Assembly: GCA_036172245.1 (NCBI GenBank)
Contig: JAYWIR010000017.1
Span: forward strand, 1,116,001-1,180,000
DNA from: Raillietiella orientalis
Lineage: Eukaryota
Length of the DNA stretch: 64,000 nt
Direction: 5' to 3'
Shown here one piece after another: positions 63,337 to 64,000 of the stretch (position 1 is its first letter; every line of letters starts with the position of its first letter). The notes under the pieces were generated by a model. The model ran no database searches, was not told the DNA's origin, and saw only the letters and a list, made by a program, of their open reading frames with translations. Both the position numbers and the translations under genes were made by a program.

Positions 63337-64000
63337 ACGCCGGGAGAAAAATTCTTCGAAATGGAATTCGCGTTTGATGCTCGCCACATCGAGGTGACGC
63401 CCGGGGATCGACGACGACGAGAGAGGGAGCGCCGGGAACGGCGGAAGAGACGAAGATGGATCTGCACGGCAGCGTCTCGGGAGCTTCGCGAATGACAACT
63501 CCCACATCGGGTGCGATCATTAACCCTGAGGCGGCAGGTACTGCCAGCGCTCCCAAAAGCGCCATTCTTGGACGCGCTGTTCCTGTCCGCTGCAGACCAG
63601 CGGCGGCGCCCGCCTGCACCGAAGGATAGCGCTCTGCGACTCCTCCTCCTCCTTTCCCTCCTTTCTTCCTCCTCCTCCCCCTCCTATTCCCTTCCTCCTC
63701 CTGGTGACCTGCTTCCGCGGGAAGATCCGGCCGCATGCCCGCCCCGGCCCAATGCGAATTCCCGACAGCCCCTGTCCGGATGCTTGGAAAGGAGGAGCAG
63801 GAGACATCCCTCCCCCGCAGCGAGCAGCGGGCAGGGCGGCCGATTTCATCCCCGCGTTCCTCACGCAGAGCGCCGGAGGCGGAAACCCCGCACGCGAGCG
63901 CCAACAAGGAACGCCCACGCAGGCGTGGCAGTCCGGAAAGGAGCGGGGCCTGCCGTCGCTGAGGGGGGGAGGGGCGCAGGGCACCTTGGGGGAAGGGTCG

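Larger units (their letters stand above)
58500..64000. other. GC/CpG-rich domain (CpG-island-like)
   Basis: Visibly much higher G+C and CpG density (many CGCGCG runs) than the preceding 57 kb; long ORFs in all six frames with Arg/Gly/Pro/Ala bias. Confidence 0.8.

Noticed and set aside
58100..64000. Long ORFs (220-354 aa) in the GC-rich end as host genes
   Set aside because: They overlap in all six frames, are Arg/Gly/Pro/Ala-biased with homopolymer runs, and show no intact domain; this is expected from stop-codon scarcity.
1..64000. CRISPR arrays, operons or other prokaryotic systems
   Set aside because: No regularly spaced short repeats with unique spacers and no gene-dense coding; the U2 fragment, SINEs, LINEs and NUMT indicate a eukaryotic nuclear genome.

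Overview
Eukaryotic (invertebrate, probably arthropod-like) nuclear DNA with no intact protein-coding gene that I can support; nearly all ORFs in the track are short or GC-driven. Most of the window is decayed non-LTR retrotransposons: many L1/Tx1-like ORF2 relics (APE, RT, thumb and C-terminal zf-RVT motifs), several restriction-like-endonuclease (R2/NeSL-type) relics, CR1/L2-like 3' ends, and five long copies plus one fragment of a ~0.6 kb tRNA-headed SINE. The most informative block is 40.0-44.2 kb. It holds an old mitochondrial insertion (cox3-trnG-trnE-[trnD?]-atp8-trnA, with T-arm-less tRNAs) split by an 882 bp non-autonomous piggyBac element. A NeSL-like RT relic follows, then a U2 snRNA pseudogene starting at about U2 nt 38, the site used by the U2-specific Utopia/Keno retrotransposons. 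One L1/Tx1-like family ends in AATAAA plus a conserved stem-loop instead of poly(A) and has a structured 3' UTR. The last ~6 kb is strongly GC/CpG-rich. All protein assignments come from motifs read by eye in frameshifted relics, and most relic boundaries are approximate.
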